DNA of 64,000 bases from Candidatus Latescibacterota bacterium (GCA_965203175.1 OZ241867.1:4256001-4320000), one strand, 5' to 3'; shown: positions 9,000-17,751, counted from the stretch's first letter. Notes: a model not told the origin generated them from the sequence alone. Numbers and translations are program-made.

Positions 9000-9753
9000 C
9001 GTCTGCTTTCGATTGCGAGTACATGTTTTCGATCCAGGCGGCCTGACTTTGCGACAGGTACCGGTGAACGACCAGATTGTCGGGCGTAAGCGTTTCTTTC
9101 GGGGCACCGAAAAGCGCGCGGCCATCTCCCAGGAGAAGCGCTGAGCCGCAATGTTGTAGAACGGCGGAAAGGTCGTGCAGAACGAGGATGATGGTGCGTC
9201 CTTCCGCGGCCCAGTGATCGATCAGCGTCAGCAGAGCCGCTTCCGTTGTCTGGTCGACGGCCGTAAACGGCTCATCCAATAGGATCAGCGGCGCATCCTG
9301 AACCATGGTCCGGGCAAATAGCGCCCGTTGCAGCTGACCCGCGGATAGTTTGTGCAAGGGCATATCGGCGATCTCGGCGGTGCCTGTGCGCTCGAGCGCG
9401 CACCCGATCCGAGCCCGGCACTCGCTATCGATGCGGCCGAGAAACCCCAAGTTGGGCCAAGCACCCATTGCCGCTAGGTCGCGGACCCGGATGGGAAAGC
9501 GGCTGTCGAACTCGGTCCTTTGGCCTAGATAAGCAATTGTCGGTGGCCGCCCGATGGGCCAGTTGAGCGTACCGGCAAGCGGCGGCAAGGTGCCCAACAG
9601 TGTTTTGATCAGGGTCGATTTTCCCGATCCGTTGTGACCGACAACAGCAAGCACATCGCCGAGCGCAAGGTTGAACGCGACGTCTTCAGCGACGGTCTCG
9701 GTCCCATAGCCGAGCGAGAGTCCAGTTGCCGAAAGGAGCATTGGATTCGCCAT
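8992..9753 (-). CDS. znuC: Zn/Mn ABC transporter ATP-binding protein (ZnuC/AztA)
   Basis: Walker A GHNGSGKST, signature LSAGQ, Walker B ILLDEP, H-loop VLHD. Confidence 0.92.
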   Translation of the reverse strand: MANPMLLSATGLSLGYGTETVAEDVAFNLALGDVLAVVGHNGSGKSTLIKTLLGTLPPLAGTLNWPIGRPPTIAYLGQRTEFDSRFPIRVRDLAAMGAWPNLGFLGRIDSECRARIGCALERTGTAEIADMPLHKLSAGQLQRALFARTMVQDAPLILLDEPFTAVDQTTEAALLTLIDHWAAEGRTIILVLHDLSAVLQHCGSALLLGDGRALFGAPKETLTPDNLVVHRYLSQSQAAWIENMYSQSKADDV

Positions 9754-9768
9754 CGGCCTCTGTCGGAC

Positions 9769-9906
9769 TCAGATGCCGAGGGTCGCGATGATGATGACCC
9801 AGAGTCCTGCGCAGGCAACGCTGACTGCAATCAGATAATGGAGCGTACTGGCAACTGTAAGATCGAATCCCGCCAAGCTTTGAGTCTGTAAGTTTTGCGA
9901 GCTCAT
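9769..9906 (-). CDS. 45-aa single-TM protein heading the znu operon (below ORF-track cutoff)
   Basis: MSSQNLQTQSLAGFDLTVASTLHYLIAVSVACAGLWVIIIATLGI*; GAGG RBS upstream; ends 15 nt before znuC. Confidence 0.6.
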   Translation of the reverse strand: MSSQNLQTQSLAGFDLTVASTLHYLIAVSVACAGLWVIIIATLGI

Positions 9907-11205
9907 AAAAACCTCGCGTGAGACCGTCGCCTTTAGGCGATGGAGGGATAGCGATTCAATCGGCGAGAGGCGGCTTGCCCGCCTTTAGCCGGTTGAAATC
10001 TGTTGTAGAAAGGTTGACACGGCTTCTTGTAGAGATTGTATTTATCTCTATGAAGAAGGTGATACAGATACAGCTTAAGCCTACCCCTGAGCAAGCGGCT
10101 GCGCTGGAGAAGACGATGCGTCGATTCAACGAGGCGTGTAACTGGCTGGCTGTTCGCGCTTTTGAGCGCAAGCTGGCCAATCGCTTTGGCTTGCACAAGC
10201 TGTATTACTACGAACTGCGTGAACGCTTTGGCCTGCCTGCTCAGATGGCCTGTCTGGTATCGGCCAATGTATCGGCCGCCTACAAGCGGGACACCGCCAA
10301 GCCAGTGTCCTTTCGTCCCTTGGCGTCGATGCCCTATGACCGGCATCTGCTGCGCTACCAAGACCTGACTACGGTCTCCATGTCCACGTTGGATGGGCGC
10401 ATCAGCCTGCCGATGGTCATGGGCGCCTATCAGGCCGAGCAGTTTGCCCAAGTCAAATACTACGCCGAACTGGTGCATCGCAAAGACGGCCAGTGGTTCC
10501 TTATGGCTGTGGTCGAGACCGATGACCTGCCGCCGCTGGATACCGACGACTTCCTCGGCGTTGATCTGGGGGTCGAGAACCTTGCCACGGACTCCGACGG
10601 ACAACAGCACTCGGGCGAGGACGTAGAGCAGGTGCGCGTCAAGCACCAGACGCTCAAGCAAGCCCTTCAATCGGCGGCTGATTTGGCGGCTAATGCTCGG
10701 AAGCGCAAGCGCATCCGTAAGAAGCTCAAACGTATCGGCGATAGAGAAGCACGCTTTCGCCGCAATACCAACCACTGCCTCTCTAAGCGAATCGTTGCGA
10801 AGGCTAAAGGCACTCTGAGAGGGATAGCCCTCGAAGACCTCAAGGGCATCCGACAGAGAACCCGGTTTCGCAAGCCGCAACGTAACCGCATGGATAGCTG
10901 GGGATTCGACCAGCTTCGCCAGTTTGTCCGCTACAAGGCGGAGCAAGCCGGCGTACCGCTCAAGATTGTCGATCCCAAGCATACCTCTCAGATGTGTTCG
11001 CAGTGTGAACATGTCGAAGCGGCTAATCGCTCCTCTCAGTCTCGGTTTCGTTGTAAGCAGTGTGGATATGCCGTCCATGCCGATTACAACGCCGCCCGGA
11101 ACATCCGGGCCAGGGCTCTTGTCAGCGAGCCTATAGTTTCAAGCTACTCCGCTGCGGCGGGGTAGCTTAGGGACAAGCCGCTCGCTTTAGCCGGCGGTGG
11201 TTGAC
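9907..11205 (+). mobile_element. IS200/IS605-family element, tnpB only (IS1341-like)
   Basis: LE hairpin CCGTCGCC-TTTA-GGCGATGG (9924-9943) preceded by GAGA; RE hairpin CCGCTCGC-TTTA-GCCGGCGG (11178-11197) preceded by CAAG and followed by TGAC (11202-11205); TCAT precedes the LE; no tnpA. Confidence 0.85.
10050..11165 (+). CDS. tnpB: RNA-guided endonuclease TnpB
   Basis: N-terminal 'IQLKPTPEQ', RuvC-I GVDLG, RuvC-II ALEDL, zinc ribbon CSQC...CKQC, RuvC-III HADYNAARNI; all catalytic residues intact. Confidence 0.95.
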   Translation: MKKVIQIQLKPTPEQAAALEKTMRRFNEACNWLAVRAFERKLANRFGLHKLYYYELRERFGLPAQMACLVSANVSAAYKRDTAKPVSFRPLASMPYDRHLLRYQDLTTVSMSTLDGRISLPMVMGAYQAEQFAQVKYYAELVHRKDGQWFLMAVVETDDLPPLDTDDFLGVDLGVENLATDSDGQQHSGEDVEQVRVKHQTLKQALQSAADLAANARKRKRIRKKLKRIGDREARFRRNTNHCLSKRIVAKAKGTLRGIALEDLKGIRQRTRFRKPQRNRMDSWGFDQLRQFVRYKAEQAGVPLKIVDPKHTSQMCSQCEHVEAANRSSQSRFRCKQCGYAVHADYNAARNIRARALVSEPIVSSYSAAAG

Positions 11206-11328
11206 TATTCTCTCTTTCAGGGGTATGGCCACTGGGTTCCCTGTTATGCATTCCGCCTTCGGCCTCAGGACACCAAGCTACTGCCCCATAGCAACCCTCT
11301 CCCCATCGCTCAACCTGGACTGACCTCC

Positions 11329-11358
11329 AATGATATTCTATTATCATTAAGTAGTCAA
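11329..11358 (-). promoter_or_regulatory. sigma70 promoter with Fur/Zur-type palindrome (original znu operon promoter)
   Basis: Minus strand TTGACT-N17-TATCAT; palindrome AATGATA-TTCTAT-TATCATT (11329-11348). Confidence 0.8.
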
Positions 11359-11414
11359 CCCAACTCGGGCGGATAGGAATGTTTCTGTTGCCCTCTAGAT
11401 CACCATGCGCCTCA

Positions 11415-11722
11415 AAGCCAGCCGATGCGTACTCCGTTATCAGCATGATGAAGTCCGCCGGTCACAGCCAGCGCGCCCGGACATGGACCAATGTCGGCTT
11501 TGCCCTTCTGTGCCCGGTAGTGGCCCTGGCGAGCTTTGGGGGGTGGAATTGCTTGGCCCGGAAGAAGGGGCGGTGATCGGCTATGTGCTGTCCTTTGCGG
11601 CGGGCGCGTTTTTGTGCATTGCCTTGAGCGACCTGTTACCAGAGATTCATTTCCACAGCCACGATCGCGGCAAGCTCATCGTGTCCCTCCTCGTGGGAAT
11701 CAGTCTCGCCTATGTACTTTGA
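11415..11722 (+). pseudogene. ZIP-family (ZupT/GufA-like) metal transporter, C-terminal remnant with frameshift
   Basis: KPADAYSVISMM...FALLCPVVALASF, then a frameshift near G6 (11538-11543) to GVELLG...LSFAAGAFLCIALSDLLPEIHFHSHD; N-terminal half absent. Confidence 0.8.
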
Positions 11723-14021
11723 ATCCAGCACCCTTTATGGCGCACGAAGGGCATTAGCTATATCGCTACCTTCTGCCCGGTCTGCACCGACTCAATTTTC
11801 TTCAAACTGGCCCCGACTGATTTTGAGGTTCGTACCTGTACTCGGCCTAGCAGTAAGTTCCGCTTGGGGCGACCAGACTGGCACTCTAGCTGGCCACGTG
11901 ATCGACGCCGAAAGCGGTCAACCCGTCGGTTGGACTACCATCGTCATTGAGGGGCTCGAACGAGCGCGGATGAGCGATGCCGAGGGGTACTTCTTCTTCG
12001 CCAACGTACCCGCTGGCGCGCACGTCTTGCAAAGCCTACACGTCGGCTACCGCGAGGAGCGCTTTAAGGTCGAGATCGTCGCGGGAGATACCACTCATGT
12101 CGATCTGGTTATCGGCCACGAGTCCCTGCATGTAGATGAGATCCTCGTCGAAGGCGAACGCAAGATCCCTGCTTCTCCACTCCAAGCACCCGAAGTCGTC
12201 TTCAGCGGCAGCAAGCTGCGGCAGAATTTGAGCCGCACCATCGCCGAGACCATCGCCTACGAGCCGGGCATTGCCCAGCGCTCGATGGGGCCCGCGCCTG
12301 CGCGTCCGGTGCTGCGCGGGCTGGGCGGCGACCGCTTGCTGATGGTCGAAGACGGCGAGCGCACCGGCGATTTGTCTGCTACCTCTTCGGACCACGCCGT
12401 AGCCATTGAGCCAATGACCACCGAGCGCATCGAGGTCGTGCGCGGCCCTCGCACCTTGCTCTACGGCTCCAATGCCTTGGCCGGGGTCGTCAACGTGGTG
12501 CGCGGGTACGTGCCCTCCGAGCGACCCGACGGCTTGGGGGGAGCTGTGACGTATCAGGGGGAGAGCGTCAACCGAGGTTTGTCCGGCGGCCTGACCCTCG
12601 AACAGGCACTCGGCCCACTGGCCCTGCGCTTCGACAGTAGTCTGCGCAATGCCGACGATATTGCCACGCCGCGTGGAGTACTCACCAATACGGATATCCG
12701 CACGGGCAATGCTTCAGTCGGCCTGAGTCTGGTTCGTCCTTGGGGGCATGTAGGCGCGTCCGGCAGCTTATACGACTCCGACTACGGCATCCCTCCCGAC
12801 CCAGAGGGCGGCCATCCGCACGGCGTATCCATTGATCTCCAACGCCAGCATCTCGAAGGGCGCGGCGAAATCCTCACCGGGCCGGACTGGCTCCAGCGCT
12901 TAGAACTGCACCACTCGTTTTCGCGCTATCAGCACGGCGAATTCGAAGCTAGTGGCGACTTGGGGATGGAGTTCGGCGTGCTCACGCACAACAGCGGTGT
13001 GCTGGCCCACTTGGATCGCATGGGGCCTTTTGAAAACGGTGCGATTGGCTTGTGGTACGAGTACCGCAACTATGCCGCGGCCGGGCTTAACTTCACGCCG
13101 CCGGCCGAGGAATATGCCGGTGCTCTTTTCACGTACCAGGAGTGGGAGCATGGGCCTTGGGCGGCCAATGCGGCCTTGCGCGTTGATGCCCGCCGCGTCG
13201 AGCCAAGAGAAGAGCGCGACGCGCGCAGGGTCGGCAGCATCCAGACGCGCGATTTTGCCGGTATGTCTGCCGGTCTGTCCAACCACTATCGCGCCAACTC
13301 GACCTTGACGCTGGGTACGACCTTGATGCGCACTTTTCGCGCTCCTGGTATCGAAGAACTATTCTCCGAAGGGCCGCATTTGGCTGCCTATTCGTACGAG
13401 GTGGGCAATGGTGCTCTCGGCAGCGAACGTGGCTTGGGACTGGAGCTGTTCGCCGACTACCACCGCGAAGAAGGCCATGTACACGTGGCCGTCTTCCGCA
13501 ATGCGATCAATGGGTTCATTTTTCCCAAGAACAGCGGTGAGCACAGCTTGCGGCGCGCCGATCTCTTTCTCTATCGGACTGTGGGGGAGCGCGTCCTCAT
13601 GCACGGCGCCGAAGCCAACTTTGATTGGCATCTGGTGGAGCCTTGGAAGGTGGCTGGCACCCTCAGCTATGTGCGCGGTCGTCTCATTGATCTCAACGAC
13701 GAACCCCTGCCGCGTCTGCCGCCCCTACAAGGGCATCTGGGCCTGACTTGCGAACCCACTGAGGCGCTGAGTGCGACCATTGACGTGCGCTTGGCTGCGG
13801 AGCAGAACCGGATCGGCGAGTTTGAAGAGCCTACGGAGGGCTACGCAGTGCTGGATTTTTCAGGTCAGTACTATGCGGAGTGGGGGGGACGGTTGCACAC
13901 CTTCTCCTTGACCTTGGAAAACGCCACTGACGCGGTGTACCGCAATCACCTCAACCGCGTCAAAGAGATCCTGCCCGAGCCAGGCCGCAATCTGCGCCTG
14001 CTGCACAAGATATTCTTCTGA
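11712..14021 (+). CDS. TonB-dependent receptor, ZnuD-like, with carboxypeptidase-regulatory-like N-domain
   Basis: 'GHVIDAESGQPV', plug 'ARPVLRG', 'HAVAIEP..ERIEVVRGP.TLLYGSNA.AGVVN', 'EELFSEGPHLA', C-terminal 'PEPGRNLRLLHKIFF'. True start uncertain, probably downstream of 11712. Confidence 0.9.
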   Translation: MYFESSTLYGARRALAISLPSARSAPTQFSSNWPRLILRFVPVLGLAVSSAWGDQTGTLAGHVIDAESGQPVGWTTIVIEGLERARMSDAEGYFFFANVPAGAHVLQSLHVGYREERFKVEIVAGDTTHVDLVIGHESLHVDEILVEGERKIPASPLQAPEVVFSGSKLRQNLSRTIAETIAYEPGIAQRSMGPAPARPVLRGLGGDRLLMVEDGERTGDLSATSSDHAVAIEPMTTERIEVVRGPRTLLYGSNALAGVVNVVRGYVPSERPDGLGGAVTYQGESVNRGLSGGLTLEQALGPLALRFDSSLRNADDIATPRGVLTNTDIRTGNASVGLSLVRPWGHVGASGSLYDSDYGIPPDPEGGHPHGVSIDLQRQHLEGRGEILTGPDWLQRLELHHSFSRYQHGEFEASGDLGMEFGVLTHNSGVLAHLDRMGPFENGAIGLWYEYRNYAAAGLNFTPPAEEYAGALFTYQEWEHGPWAANAALRVDARRVEPREERDARRVGSIQTRDFAGMSAGLSNHYRANSTLTLGTTLMRTFRAPGIEELFSEGPHLAAYSYEVGNGALGSERGLGLELFADYHREEGHVHVAVFRNAINGFIFPKNSGEHSLRRADLFLYRTVGERVLMHGAEANFDWHLVEPWKVAGTLSYVRGRLIDLNDEPLPRLPPLQGHLGLTCEPTEALSATIDVRLAAEQNRIGEFEEPTEGYAVLDFSGQYYAEWGGRLHTFSLTLENATDAVYRNHLNRVKEILPEPGRNLRLLHKIFF

Positions 14022-14024
14022 GAC

Positions 14025-14330
14025 TCAACTCCCCGGCTGCCACTCGTTGAGCGTGCGGGCGAAGAGGATATCCGAGCGGGTGACGGCCCCTTCGCTGTGC
14101 GTTGTTACCGAGACGGCAACGGTGCGCTTGCCGGTGTCCAAGGAGAAGTCGGGGTGGTGGTTCTGCTCGGTGATGGTGCGGGTCAGGTGGTTGAGGAACG
14201 AGGTGATGTCCTTGAAATTGGCAAAGACGAAGTCGCGCGAGATGATGATGCCGTCGCGGCTCCATCCTTCGAGAGTTTGCAATTCGGCATCTACTTCGGC
14301 GGCAGTGAGGGTGGTTTTGTCTTCGGTCAT
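14025..14330 (-). CDS. phhB: pterin-4a-carbinolamine dehydratase
   Basis: 'LEGW', 'NHHPD', 'TTHSEGAVT..D..FA'. Confidence 0.85.
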   Translation of the reverse strand: MTEDKTTLTAAEVDAELQTLEGWSRDGIIISRDFVFANFKDITSFLNHLTRTITEQNHHPDFSLDTGKRTVAVSVTTHSEGAVTRSDILFARTLNEWQPGS

Positions 14331-14356
14331 GGTGGATTGGCTCCTCGTTGAGATGG

Positions 14357-15466
14357 TTAGAGGGTTAGGATGCGGTGGAGGCGGTCGGCGATGATTTCGG
14401 CTTCGCCGTCTAAGAGGGTTTGCGGCCCAACGCTGAGCGCGGTGTCATCGCCGCTGACGAGGATCGACGGCTCGCCTTCTTCGAGTGCGCGCACTACGTC
14501 GCCAGCCGAGAGGGGGGCCGCGTCGCCAAAGTGCAGATGCACCAGCGGCGAGGCCGGCGGAAATTTGTTCTCGTAGGCTTTGGTAAAACTGGCTTCAATA
14601 CCGGCGATGCCTTCGACGGCCTCGGCGACGACCCGACAGCGGTGCTCCCACTCGGCGACGACCGCCGTTTCGTCCATTTCAAAGAACAGTTCGACGGCGC
14701 GGAGCAGGCCGCAGATCTCCTCTTTGCCGACCTTCATGCCGCGGCCGATGGCCGAGTGCGGGTTGGAGTTGAGGTGGCACGCGGCAATCAGGTCTTTGCG
14801 TCCCAAGATCAGGCCCGATGATTGTGGCCCGAACAGGCCCTTGCCGCCGCTGAAGACGGATAGATCGCATCCCATAGCCGGTAGATCGGTCAGGTTGGAG
14901 CGCGGCGGCAATTGCGCGGCCGCATCGACGATGACCGGCACGTTGCGCTCGTGGGCGGCGGTGACGAGCGCGGGCAGTTCGGACAGGGGCTGGCTGCCGA
15001 GGAAGTACACTACGGCTGCGGTCTTGGGGCCGATACCGGCGACGTAATCGTCAATAGTCACAGACTTTGTGGTCCCTACTTTGACCAGTTCGCCGCCGCT
15101 GAGGCGAAAGCCCTGGTGGATGTAGTAGTGAGAATCGACCAAGCTGATGACGAACTGGTTGGGCCGATCTCCAACATCGGGAAGCTGGGCAATGGCACGG
15201 GTGTCCGTGCCGGTCAGGCAGGCTGCACCGGCCAAGAGCATGCCGCCGGCTGCGCCCGAAGACACAAAGGCCGCTTCTGCGCCGGTGAGTTCGGCGATGC
15301 GAGCACCGGCTTTTTCGTGCAGTTCGTTGAGGTGGACGAATTGGCGCGACGCTTCGGCCATGGCCTCGACCACGGGCGCGGGCATGATGGAGCCGCCGAG
15401 CGTGGTGATGGTGCCGCGGGCGTTGATGAAAGGGCGCAGGCCTAGGCGTTGGTACAGGGGGGTCAT
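14357..15466 (-). CDS. SelA-like PLP-dependent enzyme (DgaE-like family)
   Basis: 'INARGTITTLGGS', 'VIVDAAAQ', 'FSGGKGLFGPQSSG', 'GRGMKVGKEE'; lacks the N-terminal extension of true SelA. Confidence 0.85.
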   Translation of the reverse strand: MTPLYQRLGLRPFINARGTITTLGGSIMPAPVVEAMAEASRQFVHLNELHEKAGARIAELTGAEAAFVSSGAAGGMLLAGAACLTGTDTRAIAQLPDVGDRPNQFVISLVDSHYYIHQGFRLSGGELVKVGTTKSVTIDDYVAGIGPKTAAVVYFLGSQPLSELPALVTAAHERNVPVIVDAAAQLPPRSNLTDLPAMGCDLSVFSGGKGLFGPQSSGLILGRKDLIAACHLNSNPHSAIGRGMKVGKEEICGLLRAVELFFEMDETAVVAEWEHRCRVVAEAVEGIAGIEASFTKAYENKFPPASPLVHLHFGDAAPLSAGDVVRALEEGEPSILVSGDDTALSVGPQTLLDGEAEIIADRLHRILTL

Positions 15467-15513
15467 AGGTAGATCCTTAAGGAAGCAGTGGATTGAAGTC
15501 GCGCATCCAATGA

Positions 15514-16053
15514 CTATAGCGTTTGGAGTATGGGTGGATTGCCGGGTCCTTGGGCGATGATTGTCGAAAACTTGAACTTGAACACCGTCTTGCTGTCATC
15601 GACATAAGCAATCAGAAGGTAAGTGTCCCCTCGTGCACCGTTAAATGCGCCGACATGTTTGCATAGCAGGTTGCCGACGCCTTCCGCCCCGCCATTTATT
15701 TGCTTTGTGTGACACACCATCACCCGAACCGCCGATCTCGCGAGTAGTAGCTTCTGGAAATCGTATTCGATTTCTTCAAATTTGCCCCATTCGCTCTCCC
15801 CGACCATTGGCACAGAAATTAGCTGCTTGGAGGAGTTGAATTGACACCAAATAACGTCATAGAGCCATTCAAATCCATTGTTTTTTGCCCCTGCTGTGTA
15901 GCCTAATCGTCTACCTATGTCGCAGAGAGTGGTAAGCACTAGTCGAGTCCATTCAGTATTTGTATGAGGTATCTGATTGGGACATTTCAATAGCTCTTGT
16001 TCCAGTTCTCTAAATGCGGCGACAATTTCGTGCACTAGTGCGTTTGGGCTCAT
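15514..16053 (-). CDS. hypothetical protein, possible restriction-endonuclease-like fold
   Basis: Lower GC than flanks; 'EWLYDVIW...GESEW...DFQKL' resembles a D...ExE PD-(D/E)XK variant; GGAG RBS. Confidence 0.6.
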   Translation of the reverse strand: MSPNALVHEIVAAFRELEQELLKCPNQIPHTNTEWTRLVLTTLCDIGRRLGYTAGAKNNGFEWLYDVIWCQFNSSKQLISVPMVGESEWGKFEEIEYDFQKLLLARSAVRVMVCHTKQINGGAEGVGNLLCKHVGAFNGARGDTYLLIAYVDDSKTVFKFKFSTIIAQGPGNPPILQTL

Positions 16054-16224
16054 TCTTTTCTCCTATAGAGTAGGTAAGACGGTTTACAATATACGTATCA
16101 GGTGAAGACGATCAACAGCACGGGCCTGAGCCACCAATCAAACTATACACGCGCTACGCCTTAAGCGACATCAATCAGAGGGGAGTCGGCTCGAACACCG
16201 ATGAGGAAGGCGGTGCTATGACAA

Positions 16225-16256
16225 GTCCCGCTCTGGGAGCAATTCCGGAGCGGGGC
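16225..16256. repeat. strong GC-rich hairpin
   Basis: GTCCCGCTCTGG / CCGGAGCGGGGC stem (with G-U pairs) around an 8-nt loop; no clear U-tract. Confidence 0.5.
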
Positions 16257-16368
16257 CTTCGTATGCTTGCTAGCACCGTCGCCTAGACCAATTAGGTAGA
16301 TCAAATCCACGCTGGACGAGTCATACCTTGCATAATATCGAGATTGTCGCTCGTTCACAGGTTTGATT

Positions 16369-16540
16369 TTGCCAATTCGCTACTTACGCTTATATATCCG
16401 AAGTGGTCCCAAAACTAGCGTCGGACCGCCATCAAGGGTCGTCAAGAGCCTTCGCATTGAGCGTTTTTCATAGGGCGAGACGCTCTTGATCCGACGCTTT
16501 TTCTCCACATAAGGAACTAAATCCGGAGTTTTAGGACCAT
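16369..16540 (+). ncRNA. candidate structured leader/antisense RNA with promoter
   Basis: TTGCCA-N16-TATATA followed by several nested and alternative complementary segments and a T-run (see findings). Confidence 0.35.
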
Positions 16541-16548
16541 TTCATCCA

Positions 16549-17634
16549 TTAAAATAAAAATAGATCCTGATTCTCAGTATTCAACCAATCCCGCTCAAAA
16601 ACAGCTCTCGGTTGATGTTTATCAACAAGTAGATCCTGATTATATTCAGTGGGAATTGTTTGAAAATAAAACTCTTCAATTGCTTTTCTACTCTGTTCAG
16701 ATTTTGTATCCCAATAATCAGGAGATAAAGCAAAAAAATCACAAGATTGTAGTATATATTTAGAGAGGAGATAGTTCAAATAATAACCGTCACTATTTAA
16801 AAGTCTACTTAAGGAAAAGCCCACTTGAGTACAATCTCTTTGAAGAGCTGAAAAAACCACTGCTGTTTCTTTATCATTTATGGGAAGAACTTGTAAAAAA
16901 ACTCTAGGAACAGTTAATAGCTTTTCACCCTGAGGACCTCTGAGACACGATGGAACAGGATCAGAGTCAACGATTACGATCCCAGAACTAACAGCAATTG
17001 TTGGACGTTCAACATGAATAATCTTAACCCAACTTTTGAGTATATCCCAGCATTTACCCAAAAGAGCGTTATCAAATATATATTTATATTCGTATGCTTG
17101 ATGCAAATGCATCATCTTTTGCGAAAAGATATTCTTTATTCTGTTTATATTAATCGACTTAACCTTACAAAATTCTTCAAAGCCTTCTAAATCTAATCCT
17201 TCTTCAGAGCCAAAGAAAGATTGCAATTGTTTAAATACACTTACTTGTACGAAATATTCTCGTAGTGTTGCTCTATATGCCAAAAGAAATTGATGTTCTT
17301 TATTGCAAACATCAAGATCGTCATCTATCGGATTAAAAATTTCCTCGTCATGCTTATTACATAAACCTCTAAACGTTGTTGCGTTTCTAGCGTAAACTAG
17401 GTCAAAAGACATACTAGACGATTCCATCATATTTTTAAAAGAAGTATAGTTTTGCCAAGCAGCAGTCAAAACCTTATTATCTCTATTTTGCAATCTCTTT
17501 AATAGAGTATACTGTACTGTATGTGCTCTTATACCTTCTTCATTGCATGTTCCTGATGGTTCAGCACAGAAATTTATATCTCTAATACTAGAGATCGAGT
17601 TATTTAATCTCTCAATAAATTCCCGATTATTCAT
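16549..17634 (-). CDS. AT-rich hypothetical protein, possible His-Me finger (HNH-like) nuclease
   Basis: 'C..EGIRAHTVQ' ... 'ATTFRGLCNKHDEEIF' Cys/His pattern; composition very unlike the host. Confidence 0.65.
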   Translation of the reverse strand: MNNREFIERLNNSISSIRDINFCAEPSGTCNEEGIRAHTVQYTLLKRLQNRDNKVLTAAWQNYTSFKNMMESSSMSFDLVYARNATTFRGLCNKHDEEIFNPIDDDLDVCNKEHQFLLAYRATLREYFVQVSVFKQLQSFFGSEEGLDLEGFEEFCKVKSININRIKNIFSQKMMHLHQAYEYKYIFDNALLGKCWDILKSWVKIIHVERPTIAVSSGIVIVDSDPVPSCLRGPQGEKLLTVPRVFLQVLPINDKETAVVFSALQRDCTQVGFSLSRLLNSDGYYLNYLLSKYILQSCDFFALSPDYWDTKSEQSRKAIEEFYFQTIPTEYNQDLLVDKHQPRAVFERDWLNTENQDLFLF

Positions 17635-17717
17635 AATAAGTTCCTAATGTTGTCTCCTAAATATCTGCGGGTCGCATAGCGCGCATTTAGAGATTTAGGA
17701 AATGGCTTTTACTAAAG

Positions 17718-17751
17718 AAAGCGGGCGGGATGAAACACCCCGCCCGCTTTT
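17718..17751. terminator. bidirectional intrinsic terminator downstream of groEL
   Basis: AAAGCGGGCGGG-loop-CCCGCCCGCTTTT. Confidence 0.85.

Noticed and set aside
10050-11165. Cas12f or nuclease-dead TldR interpretation of TnpB
   Set aside because: No CRISPR array or cas genes are present, IS ends are present, and all three RuvC acidic residues are intact.
11260-11306. Tiny minus-strand ORF MGRGLLWGSSLVS in the znu leader
   Set aside because: Only 13 codons with no well-placed RBS; cannot be distinguished from chance.
14357-15466. Selenocysteine synthase selA
   Set aside because: Too short, lacks the SelA N-terminal domain, and no selB/selC/selD is nearby.
16050-16068. TCAT followed by TCTTTTCTCCTATAG as a possible TnpB self-target
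   Set aside because: Mismatches at guide positions 2 and 5 (seed); the similarity just reflects antisense start codon plus RBS.
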